64,000 nucleotides of DNA from Microbotryum violaceum (taxonomy: Eukaryota), in contig CDLV01000007.1 of NCBI GenBank assembly GCA_001244265.2, positions 1,178,001 to 1,242,000 on the forward strand, in the 5' to 3' direction. The position numbers were made by a program, and so were the translations under genes. Numbering within the stretch: the stretch's first letter is position 1; each line of letters starts with the position of its first letter. Shown here one piece after another: positions 24,348-43,713 of this stretch. Below the pieces are notes generated by a model that saw only the letters and a program-made list of their open reading frames with translations, ran no database searches and had not been told where the DNA came from.

Positions 24348-27300
24348 TCAAGTATGTTTGGGAAGCGGAGCGCAGTCTGCGATTGGGACGTCACAAGTCA
24401 GCATAGGGTGACCGGAGGCCCCTATCGCATTCGCACCCGGACGTACAATCGTAATGGCCCTTTGGGTTGAGCGCCCACGTCGGGAAGGTGTATTGTTTCC
24501 CAGCTCCGCCGTTCACTGTTTGAACAGGCAGTCGTCAAATCAGCACCTGGAAAAGAAATGTACCAAGAGCGAACTTGCCAGCAAACGTGGAGATGAAGAC
24601 CATGAAATCGGTTCCGCCCTAGAAGAAAGAATAGATATCTCGAAGTCAGCGGATCGATGGGGTCTTCGAATGCAAAACTCAACAACATGGAATCGCTCAC
24701 ATCAAGTGCAGCCGCCAACAAGTAGTTGTACTTGCGGAAGAAGGTAGGGTGGCGTTTCCGCATATAGAACTGCGACCAAATCGCGAGCAAGAAAAGAGAC
24801 ATGATGCCCGAATTGATGCCGACCTGGTTGTGGTACAGGCGTTTAAGGTCGTTCAGTAGCCCCGAATGAAGAGTGCTATCTTCGGGAAGTCAGGGAGACA
24901 GTTCGCTCACCGAGAGGAATCCAAGAGAGAAGACCAGCTGGGGAGTGATGAGGCGATCGAGGCGAAGCTTGGGAAATAATCGATGTCCAAGGTAGAAGGG
25001 CACCGGAACAAACAGGCCTATAAGAAGGCCGAGCGGGATGAGGAAGTATTTGTTGTCTGGGGGTGAACGGCGGTCAGGTGGACGGACTCTCAAGAAAAGA
25101 CTGCATCCTTCAGAGGGTATTAGCTACTTACGAGGGCCATACTATTGAAACACGATATGCAGCAAGCTCCTGAATCAGTAAGATGTGCACTTGACAGTAA
25201 AAGCACATGCCATCTGAGTGATGACGCGACGACCAACCATCTCTTTGCCCAATGCGCCCCATCTTCATGGCAGGGAAGTGACACGAGCGACACGAGCCGC
25301 AATTAGTTCATGGCGATTCGTCTAGAATTAAGGACGGGCCCACGAGCAGTAACTCACGAGACGGCCTAATCGGTGGAAGATCGAGGTCGACATTCCTCAA
25401 GTCAGCTGGGGCAGTCTCCGAGACAGGTTCTGGGACTGAAGTATTACAGGCGAAGCTCACCTGAGTGTTGTACGACTGCACCACATTGCCAGACCATAAA
25501 TTCGATCCTTCAACGCTCAGCAGAATTTCACGTTGCGAGTTGACGATCGAGTTCATCTGGCCGAACAGGTGTCACGAGTCTCAGTATGATTGAGGAAGGC
25601 CTCGTATGAAGCACCCTGGACGTACCACGATGAGGTTCAAGATTGAGCCCAGAAGAGTTCCAACCGCCTGAACCATCTACGATCGTTGGATCCGAATGGT
25701 GACGCAGTCAGGTTTGAACAGCATTGCAGACCGGTTCTGCTGGTGTGATCACGTACAAACATCGCACGAGGGGGAACCTGAGTGCACAGAGATCATCAAG
25801 TCCGTTAGCAAAGTATTGAGGGGGCTGCGGAAGGTAGAGCGAGTAGCGACATGTACCTTCGTGTACTAATGTAGCTCAAATCGATCGGCAGCAGCGAGTT
25901 CCAATCCCCAGGATCAGTACCGTGATGCTGGCTGCCAAAGACCAGTTTCCCGCTCTTTGATGGGTGATAGCGACTCACTTGGCCGAGCTGCGAGAAATCA
26001 AGGCGGCGACCAAATTGGAGTCCTTGTCAGCTCAGGCCGCAGTCGAAGAACGAGTGGCACTCACCTTCAAATCTTTGACCATCAGCGATCCTTGTTGTAT
26101 GCTATTTGTGCTGTAGAGCTAGTTCAAAACGGTAGATCACATTCTTGAGTGAAGTCATAGCCGGGCATTGACCGCAGTTGACTCACTCCGAAGTACAAAT
26201 TCGCTCGAGCGTTGCCGGGCACAAGAGCCGATCCCAACCTGCGAAGGCGATGAAGATCAGCTAACCTATCGAGCAATGAGCAATAGGCACTGACACTTAC
26301 ATTTGGAACATGCTCGATCCGGGGGTGCGGAAGCCAGTGATGGCCGTCATCACGCATAAGACTGCGATGGCGCAGAAATATCGTGTGGTCGGGGTCAGAA
26401 ACTATCGATCGAGGCAGCAGGTGCTTGATGAGGAGACTCACTTGGCAGTTCGATCAGGGACACCAACGCAGCGACGATCAGCGCGTACCACGGCATGCCT
26501 GTATGACCTCCGTATAACGTCGCAAGAGCGATCACAAAGGCGCCCATAGCTGTGCCAAAGTACACCCACATCGAGCATTCGGGATCTAGATTGACGCAGT
26601 TGGAGTCAATCAGCCGAAACGTCGCCGCAGTGCTTGGGCTTCTTCTCCTCATCTTTCATGCGCTCACATGCTTGCATCTTCAGGTAGTGGGGATCGTCTT
26701 GCACGTTGGTGCGCCATTTATTCCATGCTGCGATGAGATCCTTACGATACCACCTGCTCCATGACAGTATCAGCTGTGCGATACGTAAGCGCAGTGCATA
26801 GGTACTGCTGCTGACAACGTACAAAATGACATGCGTGATCGAGGCGCCGACACTAAGATTGACACCCAAGTAGCGCACTGCAGAGGAACATCAACATTGT
26901 CAGCTCTGACGCTCTTCTCGTAGCGGTGGGTCAATAACATGACGCACTTGCGTTCGTCCAGGCATATGAAGGGAGGCCTGCAGATCATTGTCGATGAGAC
27001 GACGGTTTAGCTTCGCAGTCGAGGTCGTTGACGACTGAAGAAGACTCGCCTTGCTCGGCCAGCGCGGTCTTGTTGAGGTTAAAGTGTGCGTCAAGAATAA
27101 GGCTCTGGTGATACCGCGTGCCGTTCTAATAAGCAGGCACGGGGTAGTTAGGAGTCAGTTAGACGATCACAGCAATACCGTCCCTCGGTCGGTCTGAAAG
27201 GATCTTTTGGCACCTCGTAGAAGAGATTTTGACCCAGGAAAGGATAGTTTTTCGCATTCCAAACGTTGCCAAAACTGTCGGTACGAGGATCGAGGAGTCA

Positions 27301-29473
27301 GGTACCCTGCTCAAGGAAGGGACGGGGGACCTTACTCACTAGCCAGCGATGGAGACAACGATGCATAAAACCACTCCCAATCCCTTGGAAACGGTGGTCG
27401 CCCAGGGCATGTAGAGCGGCACTGTTAGACGGTGATGGTCGTGATCGTCGATGAGTGATTTCTCAAGAGCTAAAATTAGGTGCGGAGATCTTACATGACG
27501 TGATCTGAAGCCAATCGAGCCCGATTGAGAATAGGCCGAGCCCCTCGTTCCCGTTCGAGCCGCCGAACACCCGGGTGAAGTTGGGGTTGGTGCGATTTGC
27601 AAGGCTATTGGAGCGTCGTGGGAAAAGTTCAGTTCTCGTAGCCTTCGTACAAATCGTGAATCGGGCGTCGCAGACTCTCACTCACCAAAATACGCTAATC
27701 CCCGTCAGTGTCGGGGCGATGATCTCCGGGAACCACTCCCAAACAAAAATGGCGATAAAACCCTGTTGTTGATGCAAGTGGCCTTAGCATCAGCGAGGAG
27801 TGCGTGCGGTGACAAAGCGGCATTATGTATGACTGCTCACAATCCAAAAGAACCTGTACCGCTTCTTCTGTGACGCGAGATCTGGCTCCCGGCTGTCCAG
27901 AGCAGTCACCATAGAGTTAGTTGTCCCGAGTCGGGCTGCCATCGGCGGGAGCAGTATACTCACTGCAGCGTTTCGATCAAGCTGACCGAGGGGATCAAAG
28001 ACGGCCAGACGGCGAAGGTGGGATAGACGAGGATCAATCGGAACAAACCTCCGAGTCCATACCCGAAAAATTGTGAGGCTGCACAGTACCCGATGGGTGA
28101 GTATTGTGCTGATGATGGGCCGATAGCCGCTGATAGCACTCACCAATGAGAGTGAAGATCGCAACACCGTAGTTGAGATCAATATTGTCTAGCCAAACAT
28201 GGGTGGAAGCTCTACGCCTTAGCACCTTATCCTCGAATTCCCGGGTGGGCGGCTCAACTTACAAAATAGTTTCTCGGCCGCAAACGTCGAAATGGCGAGC
28301 GCGCCGTGGCTGCCGGTCGAGGCCATGACGGTGATGCATACGTGCTCTTTGATGTTGAACGGTCCAGGGTTGAAAATCTCCCAGAATCGACCCTTACCGG
28401 GCTTAGGGAAGACTTTGTACCATCCGGTGCCAAGGACTGGAGAGCGACCAGCGACTACGGGTCAGTTTCTCCGCTTCTCTGCAATGGCGAGACCCCTGGG
28501 GGTGGACCTACCATATGCGAAGATCTGCACTGAATGCGGGGAGGGTACGAGGGAGTGTGAGTAAGGAGGTATGCGAGGGCAGAAACCAGTATTAAATGAT
28601 AGGACTTACAGAATAATCCTGAAACGTCGTACTCTTGAGGCCGGAATGTGAAAATTTGACCTAGGACGGCTCCGACTGCGAAAGAGGGTGGATCGAGACG
28701 TCAGAATCGGTCAGTCCACGTCTCGTGCGGAATTAGACTGCCTCAGACAAAGTCTCAGAACTCACAGCACGTTAACCCGAGACCGATGGTCCACATTCGA
28801 ATGGTGTGAACAGGAAGGCTCGGGTCATCTTCGAGCGAGATCAAACTGTGATAAGACGAGAGGCGAGTATTCGAATCAGCAGGGACGCCGCAACCCTCGA
28901 GTGCTCGCGATCAAAATCGCACCGGGTGCAGAAATCATGAGCCGTTTCGATCACGCGCTGTTGAAATAGAAATAAAAAGTTAGCGCACCATCAATTTCAA
29001 ACCGGAAGAGTGTTGCTGAATGTGCGGGTGAACTGCGGGCCATGACTAAGCAAGCACACGGCTACCAGACCGGCAGAACCGCAGAATCGCGGCACGCGGC
29101 TCACGGCCCCTGTCTCAGTTCGGCTCTGACGCCAGCTCGGCCGAGCCCTCACGTTATCCGTGTCAAGGCCCAAGCCGACTCGTCAACAACGTCAACTCGA
29201 CGAAATGCTCAAATATAGGGCAAAATGACTCGCTTCTCTTCCGTTTTTGTCTAGAAACTCGGGATCCAAATCCGCGCGGTCGACGAAGGCTGCATTGACC
29301 TGGACATGTGGATGAATGGCTGGGCCATCATCCGCGGGTTCGTCGAGTGACGCGTCCTTGGATTCGTCGGCGTCTTCGGCTTTTTCTGACACGTCGCATT
29401 CGGTGGGCTTGATGGTGGCGATAGGAGCATCTGAAGATCGCCTGCGGCCAAAACGTGAGAAGAGCTTCGCCAT
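24348..29473 (-). CDS. OPT-family oligopeptide transporter, copy 2 (tandem paralogue)
   Basis: Same motifs (EDDPSLPVHTIRMW, NPGPFNIKEH, GGSNGNEGLG, DLKLGQYTKVPPRAMF, FRKYNYLLAAALD) with mostly shared intron positions. Confidence 0.93.
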
Positions 29474-30211
29474 AGAGAATGGCAGATCCAGTCAACAAGG
29501 GCAACGGATTGGTATGGGAGGAGGCAGTGGACGGGATTGGGTAAAAAGTGCAACTCGCTTGCCGCTGACCAGAGTGCGAAAGACATTGAGCCTATCGATG
29601 GTATCATCCGAGACTCCATGTGGAGGAGAGCGTTCCGGAAATCGAGCGGGAGGGACGCAATAACGCGATGCCCGGAGGCTATTAAAAGCCTCTCAGACGG
29701 CTTCCCGCGACTTCCAATGCTCAAACTGCCGGACAGCTGGGAACTGGGAACCGACAGCCATGTGGGACGCGGCCCGGGGTCAAAGCGCGAAAAAAGCCTC
29801 AACTTGAAGCGACGCTGAGGCGCACGGACCCAGGCGTGAAAGTCGTTCGAGACAAATGACCGTGTAATGACCTCGCCTCGAACGACTATATTTCCAAAAT
29901 GAGTAGTGATAATACATGGCCTTGAGTGGAGAAGAACACGCTAATAGCCCACTTGCTGTAGATGAGGTTCGGGCTAAGAAACTTAAGGCTGGTGGCCAAA
30001 AGAACAGGACCGATGTTTAAAACGGCATAGAGGGTGCGAGCAGCTGCTCGTCTCGAAAATTCAGGACTATAGACTGAGCATAGCAACAGTGCAGCGGAGG
30101 ATACACGTTTATGAGCGAAGGGGAGTAAAAACAGCATGAAAGGATCTATAGAGAGTCGTGAAGCGGCGGATCGTAGAGACTGAGTCAAAAACAGTCGAAG
30201 GCGAGTCCTCG

Positions 30212-31786
30212 TCAGACCTGAGCTTCGACGTCCTCCAGCCAGGACAAGTTGACGGGACTCGAAGTGGCTTGTATGTTCGCGTCGGCAAAGATCGCATTCA
30301 AGGTTGCCGCCAGCCTCAGCCCGCCTTGGGCGAGGAGCTTCTCGATGATGTTTGACTCTGCGAGAATTCGGATATCGGGGTCAAATTGGAGCGTAGAAGC
30401 TCAGCAGACCCCACGGAGAACACACCTCGAATAGGACCGTAGTACTCCTTGGTGTTGAGCTCCCTCGGGATCGGGTGCTGGGAATCGTAATCGGGGGGGA
30501 ATGTCCTCGCGCACGTCGTTTGATGCGTTTCCTTGGCCCAAGTCCGAGGACAAACTCCGAGGGCAAAGATTCCGGGAGGCGAGGAGGAGGAAGGGGTTTC
30601 CAAGTGGATCTGATTGCGTCGCTGCTGCGTTTCAATAGGGGACGCGGATTTTGGGCAGAGGAACCAAGAGGGAAGGGCGTCACGCCACCAGATGCGAACG
30701 CCTTCCCAGAGGATCAGACGGATGTAGGGGTCTGTGGAGTAGATAGAAATTCACGAAATTAGATAATTCAGAGTATACTCCAAGCGTTCTGAGCTTTGCG
30801 CATGACGTATGACAACACGCACCATAAATTGTGTGCCTCAAGGACTGCTCAATTTGGGCGCTGCGAAATTTTCGACGCAGGCAGTCAAAACCGTGATGCA
30901 AAAAAGTCGATACTTCAATCTAGATAAACAACCTACGCCGGGAGTGGCTGTGTATAGTTATGTTGTTCTCGGACAGCCTTGGTGATGAGTGCGCCGTCCC
31001 AAAGGGAGTGCAAATTCATTCGTCGGCCTTCGAAGATGACATTGTCGGAATTTCCACCGCGATCCCGATCCGTCAGATGCAAAGGTTGGTGGACATCACC
31101 GACGAAGTGAACCAGGAATTTCAATGCCTCGACACTGCGTTATACAGAATCGGAGGACAAGGCATGTAAGTGAGCATCGGTGGTGCGCTTGAAGTGGAGA
31201 AGAGGAGCTACCGGCGGTAAAACTCACTCGAGATGATCATCCGCGAGCCGTTGGGTGTAGTTGGCGATCGCATGTAGGACATCGTGTTCGGTCTTCCAGC
31301 CCTCGTCTCCAAAGTGGCAGGTACTGGGAGGATAGTCGCCCAGAGGTGAGGTGTAATGCAACTCGCCGCTCCATCTATATTGTGGCAATCCTCTGTCGAT
31401 GCAGGTGCGGAAGCCGTCAGTCATTGGGCTCGAACCGAAGCTTGTCACGTGTGCGGGCCGAGCCACGTGTGGAGCACCGCGGCGCGGGGTCACCCCAAGC
31501 CGCAGTTCAGGCTTCTAGAGGGCGCCCCGCCCGCCAGCTGTCCAGGCCCATAATCCAGGTAGCTGCCTAAGTGGACCAACTCTACTAACCTGATTCGGTC
31601 GGGCCAAGAAGCAATGGGGCCGAGGTGGCCGAGTCCAGGCAACAACGCCTTGACCGCCTCGCGCGCCCCGTCGTGGAGGTGGATCTGCGCTATCGTTGCG
31701 ATCGTTTCGTGCCCTACAGCGCCCCAAGCCAAAACAAGAGGTGTAAGAGGCGACAGAGACGCCAAGAATAACAAGAATGATCGCAT
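30212..31786 (-). CDS. Secreted S1/P1 nuclease
   Basis: Signal peptide followed by WGAVGHETIA; LKFLVHFVGDVHQPLH; NLHSLWD; C-terminal LLAQGGLRLAATLNAIF. Confidence 0.93.
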
Positions 31787-33916
31787 GATGACTCCAAGAT
31801 GACTCCCAGAGTGATGAGAGTTCGGAGAGAGGGTGTGAGCCAGAGTCCTCGAGGGAGTCTGGTGGCAACAGTGGGGTCCGGCGCGGCCGGCGGAGCGGGA
31901 CCATCATGTTCGCGCTAGGCCAGTGCTAGGCCATCGGCGCCTCGACTCCGCCGACTGCCAAGTCCGACTCGCTCGGAGTCGTGGCTTACGAGTCTTTCAA
32001 GAGCCGGTGTTATGACGTCGGTGCATTAGAACCAAAATCTCGTTGAATGCCTTTTACTGATTAAGACTTGCAAGAGCTGAAGCTCGGCTTCAGAAAAGGC
32101 GCTCCGCACGCCCACAAGTTGGCCCTGCTACACCCCTGTCGAACAGACGACGGACTTTGAGAGATCAACGGGTAGGGGATGGCCCCATCAGAAAATCAAT
32201 GATCACATCCGGCTAATACTCAAAACCGAAGATGTCTCAATTTGCGTAGCTTCTCAATCATTGAGCGTGTTACATCATCGTCCCCGTAGTCGCGCAGGTG
32301 ACCCGGTGACTTGCGAGCGTCGAGCGATGTGCGTGCGAACTCGGTACCGCTAAGAGCCTCACCTCCTTGACTTCGCCGGCGGCAAGTTTCGAGCTCGAGC
32401 TACCACTACCAATACAACGGCCGCAGTCAACGATGAGGACGACGAATCAATAGACGAACCAATAATGGCACATCCCTACCACACTTTGACAAGCCCTCCG
32501 CCGAGTCTTTACAGGAACATCATCTTCAGGTGGCGCAATAAGCGAGGAGCTGAGGTTCGATGAGCCGAATCTCCCGAGGCACGCGAAAGTGAGCAAACTC
32601 ACTGACGCCTCACCACCCGGCTCTACTACTTACTCTGTGATACTGCACACCCGTGGAACCGAAACGAACCTCGTTTCCCTCCAACAAGGTTCTGAAGATT
32701 CTGGTGAGCTGGGTCCGGGAACAACGAACGACGGCAAATGCTTGAGGAGGGGTGGGCTCGGGAAGCGAGAGAAGGAGCTTACCCAGAGCGAGACCTTACT
32801 GGTGTGAGTCGAAGGGGCTTGTTCTCGCTCTCGAAAGAGACAATATTCTCCAGTCTCAAATATTTCTGGCTCACGGTGCAGTCGTTCACTGCTGACCTGT
32901 ACACCTCCCTCTGGCCGCACGTAATCACGAACCTAGAGGGGTCGGACCGGACGCCTTGAATTTCGTATCGTACAACCCGGAGATCATAATTCGGCATACC
33001 GCGAAGCTTAATGAGCTACTCATTTCAAAACGATAGCTCAGTCAACATCGCCACAACTTCCGCCGGTTTCGACTTGCACAACATTCGCTGGCAGCTGCAA
33101 GCTAACCCAGTCCTCGCTCTGCACGCTGCGAGTAGGCGCGGCTCTGTCATCCCCGGCCAACATGTCCCCTTCGAAAGTCTCTTCCCCGACGCAGAGCTGC
33201 CACCAGGCGTCTCTGACCTTCGATCTCGCAGATGCTTTGATCTTCACCGAGTTTGACGGATCCCCTCGCAGAAGTAAGTTTGCCTCTCCCCCCGTGTTGG
33301 ATCGAGGGAAGTCAATCTGGTGGTTCCGTCGGAATGGGTACACCCTGTTCTCATTTCGGGTGTATATGCTATTCTTGGGCAACCTCTATATCCCAAGTAT
33401 GAAGACGCATCGAGTGACCCAGAAATCGCCGTCGACCTAACAAGACTTCGAATTCGCACCAGAACCAAGACATAGACGTTGATTGAGAGTCGATGCAGGA
33501 GCGGCCGAGGGTGGGTAGGTCGTCCGAGTGTTCTAATGCGACCATGAACATCTTTCCCTAAATATCATTATATCTCAAGTTTCGGTTCAATATGGGAGCG
33601 AGCTGTTTGTGAAATCAGCAGAACGTTAACGCGCAGCACAAACCAGACTCGGATGCGCTGCCAGCAATGTACGAATGCATGCTATAGGTTTTACGCAGCT
33701 CTGGTATCGAAAACAACTGCGCTTGAACCTAAAACCTTTTTGCGCGGTCTCCATAGGCCTGATCACAAGTATCACTTGGATCTAGGACACCTGAGCTCGG
33801 ACCACCTCTTCGGACTTAGCTCGGAGTTTCTTTGCGAACGGTGATTGTGGCTTGGGCTCCGACCCAACTCAGTCCAGATCCACTCCGCCCCACCGCAGCT
33901 CTCATCTTCACTCAGC

Positions 33917-35841
<1,925 letters not shown>

Positions 35842-36165
35842 GTCGAAGGCTCGGTTGGGCAGCCGTTCGCAAAGCTTTGAGGCTGTTTGTTCACTCAAGA
35901 TATCTTGGTTCCCATTTTTCCAAAAAGCCCCTCGGATCAACTCATTGTGTTTTAACTAGTCATTGGGGATCTCCAATTAATGGATGCGAATAAAACGTTT
36001 TCAACCACTGAGAAAGCTCTCGACCGGGAAACTTCCCGACCCATTCGTCGGTCGGATGGACACTATTGGGTTTGCTTTATCGCATCTTCATTTCAAAAGA
36101 TCTTAGATGTACTTCGAGACAAGACCAACTCAGAATCCACAGCGATCACTACCACCCCGGCGAGT

Positions 36166-39879
<3,714 letters not shown>

Positions 39880-40306
39880 GTTGTGCGAGTGACAAGGTCC
39901 CGTGTCAAGCGGGAGCTGAGCGTGAAGACGAGGCGGTCAAGAGTAAACTTAAGCGGAGTCGACTTCCAAGCTCAAGGTGGGGGCGAGTCAACCCTAGTAG
40001 CGTCGACTGCTTGGATTTTATTTCTTCTCGAAGTTGTATGCGCTCGTTCATTACTTATTGAACTCCTCAGACATTACTTGACGTGTTATTGAAACGCGGG
40101 CCGTTTTTCGTCTTTGTGAGGCATTCACGTAGATACCAGGTACGCCGAGAAGGCTGCAGAAATGGCGCTTTAGCAAGATGGCTTGGCTCGGCTTGCAGTC
40201 CGGCTGGCTACATACTTATTGCTGAACCGGTTCACCTTCGCTCCGCTCATCGAAGGACCCCGGTCCCCCTCTTTTCTTTCTCCTCCCTCCTCCTCAGGGC
40301 TCTTTT

Positions 40307-42147
40307 ATGCTCGCAGCCACTCGCTCCACGATCCCTCGACATCTTTTCCCCCGGACCTTGTTGATCGCTTACAAGCCGCAGCGTCCCATGTCGACCTCGT
40401 CCTCGTCCTCGTCGGCCGTTGGTCGTCCCGACGGTATCAAGTCGGCTACTTTTTCTGCCTTATCAAGTGGGGCTTCCCGAACCGGGGCAACGTCTTCGTT
40501 GAACGGTTCGCCTCGACCTCCTCGACCTCCTCAAGATGCGATCGAAGACGGCGATCCCATCACCGTACCGTCCCTAAGTGCGAGGTCAGTCTGGCCCCCC
40601 TCCTCCCCCCTCCTCTCCCCTCATCCCCGCACTGGGCTGGATCACGTGCACCCACCCAGGGGGTTATCGATTCTGTCGAGACAGCAACACCCGCGCATTG
40701 ACGTGAGAAGCGACAAATAATCTGAGGAGAGTTACTGACTGATTTATTCCTCTCGGATCACAGTCTTGTTCTGATTGCGCCACTGCAAGAGCGCACGGCG
40801 GATGGGTACGATTACCGAGTACTCCTGCTCAAACGAAACGCTCGGAGCACGACCTTCTTCTCCGCGCACGTATTCCCAGGTGCGCTGCTTCGACCGACTT
40901 GGTTTTCGCGGGGACAACTCGATTAGCTAATCGCTTTTTTGACGAGCGACTCAGGGGGCAATCTTGACCCCATTGACCGGGATCAATCGGCATGGACCGG
41001 GCTGCTGGACAAGATCGAAAACCCCGAGGAAGCCAAAGCGCGAGCTGTCAAGCTATGTGCGCTGCGTGAGGCCTTTGAAGAATGCGGAGTCCTCCTCCTC
41101 GATGGAGAAGGAAATGCGAAGCAGAGGTGGATTGCCATCTCGGATACGGAGAAGAAGGCTTGGAGGAACAAGGTTTGTCTCTCCCCACAGGAGAAGAGCA
41201 GAGAGTTCCCAAGGGAAAAACTTGAAGCCGACTGACAATGGGGCTCATTCCCTGCCCCCAGGTCTACAAGGATGGCAAATCTTTCGTGGAGCTATTCAAG
41301 TTTTTGTCGGCCGATGATGGTCAACCAGCACTGCCAGCACTTTCGTCGCTGCAATACCGAGCCAACTGGATGTGAGTTGCGCCGGACCTCAGCGGGATTC
41401 CCCTATCTGATCCTGATTTTTGCAACGCTGCAACAACTCCTCAGCACACCCGCCAACATGAAGCGTCGCTTTGATACGCACTTCTTTATCTCCATCCTAC
41501 CACCTTCCTCTCCGACCTCGCGCACTTCAACCACCAAGGACCTAATCCATTCCGAACACATCGCCTCCGCCGACGGAGGCGAAACCGTCTCAGCAGACTG
41601 GTTAACCCCCAAAGAAGCGATCGATCGAACGCTCCTTCACGCTCAACTACAACAAGGTCCACCAAAAGAGGGAGAGGAATCGGACGCGGCCTCGAGATCG
41701 TTGATCTTGTTCCCACCTCAGTTTTACCTCGTCGCTGAGCTGGTGAGGACGAAATCGTGGAAAGAGCTCGTTCATAAACCTTCGTCGGACGTGGAGAAAG
41801 GCGTTCGTAATTTTGCCCCTCGTCATATCCAACCTTTCGAACCTGAAGTCAAAGGTGTAGAGGACAGTCAAGGCAAGTTTCGAGCAGCGACGGTCTTGAT
41901 CGGTGATCCCGAACATTCAAAGACGGATCAGTCGACGTGCTTGAAGACGGATCGACATCGTACTTATGTGCTCTTACCGGCCAAGAGGAGGGATCCTGAA
42001 TGGAAGGTCAAACCACCTTTGGGGCTGACAGTGATGGGGTGTCACAGGGAAGGGATGGGGAGGTTGTTTGGTGAGGGGTGGGATGTGACGATGAGGGAAG
42101 GCGATACGGGCGAGACCTCGTCGGCCAAGCGCAAGTTCAAGTTGTAG
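40307..42147 (+). CDS. Nudix hydrolase, NUDT19-like (acyl-)CoA diphosphatase
   Basis: VLLLKRNARS..F.SAHVFPGG; CALREAFEECGVLL; NW.TP..MKRRFDTHFF; LFPPQFY. Confidence 0.85.
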
Positions 42148-42335
42148 AGATCGGCGCAGAGAATTGTCCGCTCTTATTCATATCACTTTGCACTACTATC
42201 CCAACGGTCTACGAGCTACCTTCGTCTCTAATCGCACTACCGTGAGATGATTCCTGTCTACCGTCCTTGCAGACTCCCTTCTATTGACCTTCCTGAGCCC
42301 CGCACGGTCAATTGCTCATTCTCATCATCATTTGC

Positions 42336-43117
42336 CTACGTCGCTCTCTGTCCTGTATAACCGAATACAAACCGTGTGAGCACGATCTTTTTGATTTGTT
42401 CCCTAACCCTGACCGGGACAAATGATCCGACCTTGTTGTTCTCGCATCCCTCGTCGATGACGTCTCGAAAGAACTCGCACCACCTCCTCCTACTCCTCCT
42501 CCGCTGCAATTGTTTTCGAAGGGCGATGGACTCGCATTCACCTGTCGAACCCAAAAAATAAATGTCTTTTTCTTTGTAAAGAAGTCGCCCATCAATCCAT
42601 CAGGACCTCACTCCAATCGCGCTCGACGAACCCATGAACACAATTCGTTCTCGACCCTCTCCAACCTCTCCCTCAACTCGGACCCATCCAAAATTTCGTC
42701 AACCTCCCCCTCCTTCCCTTCCCGTTCTCCACCTCGACGCTTATTCCCCCGTCCGATTAATAAAGCTTTTAGTACCTTGATCCGACTCGTTAATCTGGAT
42801 CTTGGAACGGGGGGAAGAACGTCGAGAGAACTTTGCGGGCAACTGTCAGAACCTGCGGCCGCCAGTGAGAGCGATCGATCACCGCCACTGCCGGTCGTGG
42901 TCGTGGGGGAGTCGCAAGAAGGCCAATCAAGCGATACGCTGGCGTCGCGGTCTCTTGAGTAAGTGGAGGGATGCGGTGGACTGGAGAGGGAGAGTGGAAT
43001 GAGGGAGAGCGTTAAGGCCGAGGTTGACGGGGACGGCGAACGTTCGACGTTCACCGTTGAGGTCGCTGAGGTCGGGTCCATGGAAGTTGTTGCTGGATCC
43101 GATCCGGTCGAGGACAT
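42336..43117 (-). CDS. Hypothetical Ser/Thr-rich protein with a coiled coil
   Basis: A 169-aa ORF with a likely intron near 42610-42545. No recognisable domain. Confidence 0.3.
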
Positions 43118-43713
43118 GGTCGAATGTCAAATACAAAGGCTACTCAGCCTGGGACGCGGGGTCGGACTTGAGTAGATTGGGTGCCCCGAATCCTTCCTCG
43201 ACGTTGACGAGAGCGAAGAGCGCACGGGTCTCGACAACGTGACAAAGAGGCCGAATCGAAGGGCGGGCGGGTCCGTACTTCTACGATCGGCAGTTGAGCA
43301 GCCACCGATCCCTTGCAAGTGCACAAGATACTCGAAGGACCTCTGGCCGAGCAAGAAACCAAATCAAAAGGCGTCTGTAACGTCAGCCTCGCCCCCTCAT
43401 TTCGTTGCCAAACCCAGACCTTCCTCCGAAAGGGGACCCTGTTTCACTCCCCCCTCCCCACAGGATAGGAGGCAGAAGTTCAGGAGGCCACTCGAGAAGT
43501 TCCGCCTTGGAAGCTCACCAAATGCTAGCTAGACTTATATGAGAGCGAAATCTTTACCGCTGAGGTTTGAGATATTTATATGTACAAACATTGCACGGAC
43601 CCTTAAGACGATTCAATTATGCAGAATAAGGAAGGGCAAACGGATCGAGTTGAGGACCGACTTCCATGCGTGGCGAGGGACGTGATCTTGTAGACGGCCA
43701 TAGTCACGCTAGT

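Noticed and set aside
32035-32080. gccttttact resembles U5 snRNA loop I
   Set aside because: The flanks do not form the required stem and no Sm site follows.
32400-33440. Fragmentary + strand ORFs with an F-box-like LTSPPPSLYRNIIF
   Set aside because: I could not assemble a consistent spliced frame. It may be a pseudogene, but that is unsupported.
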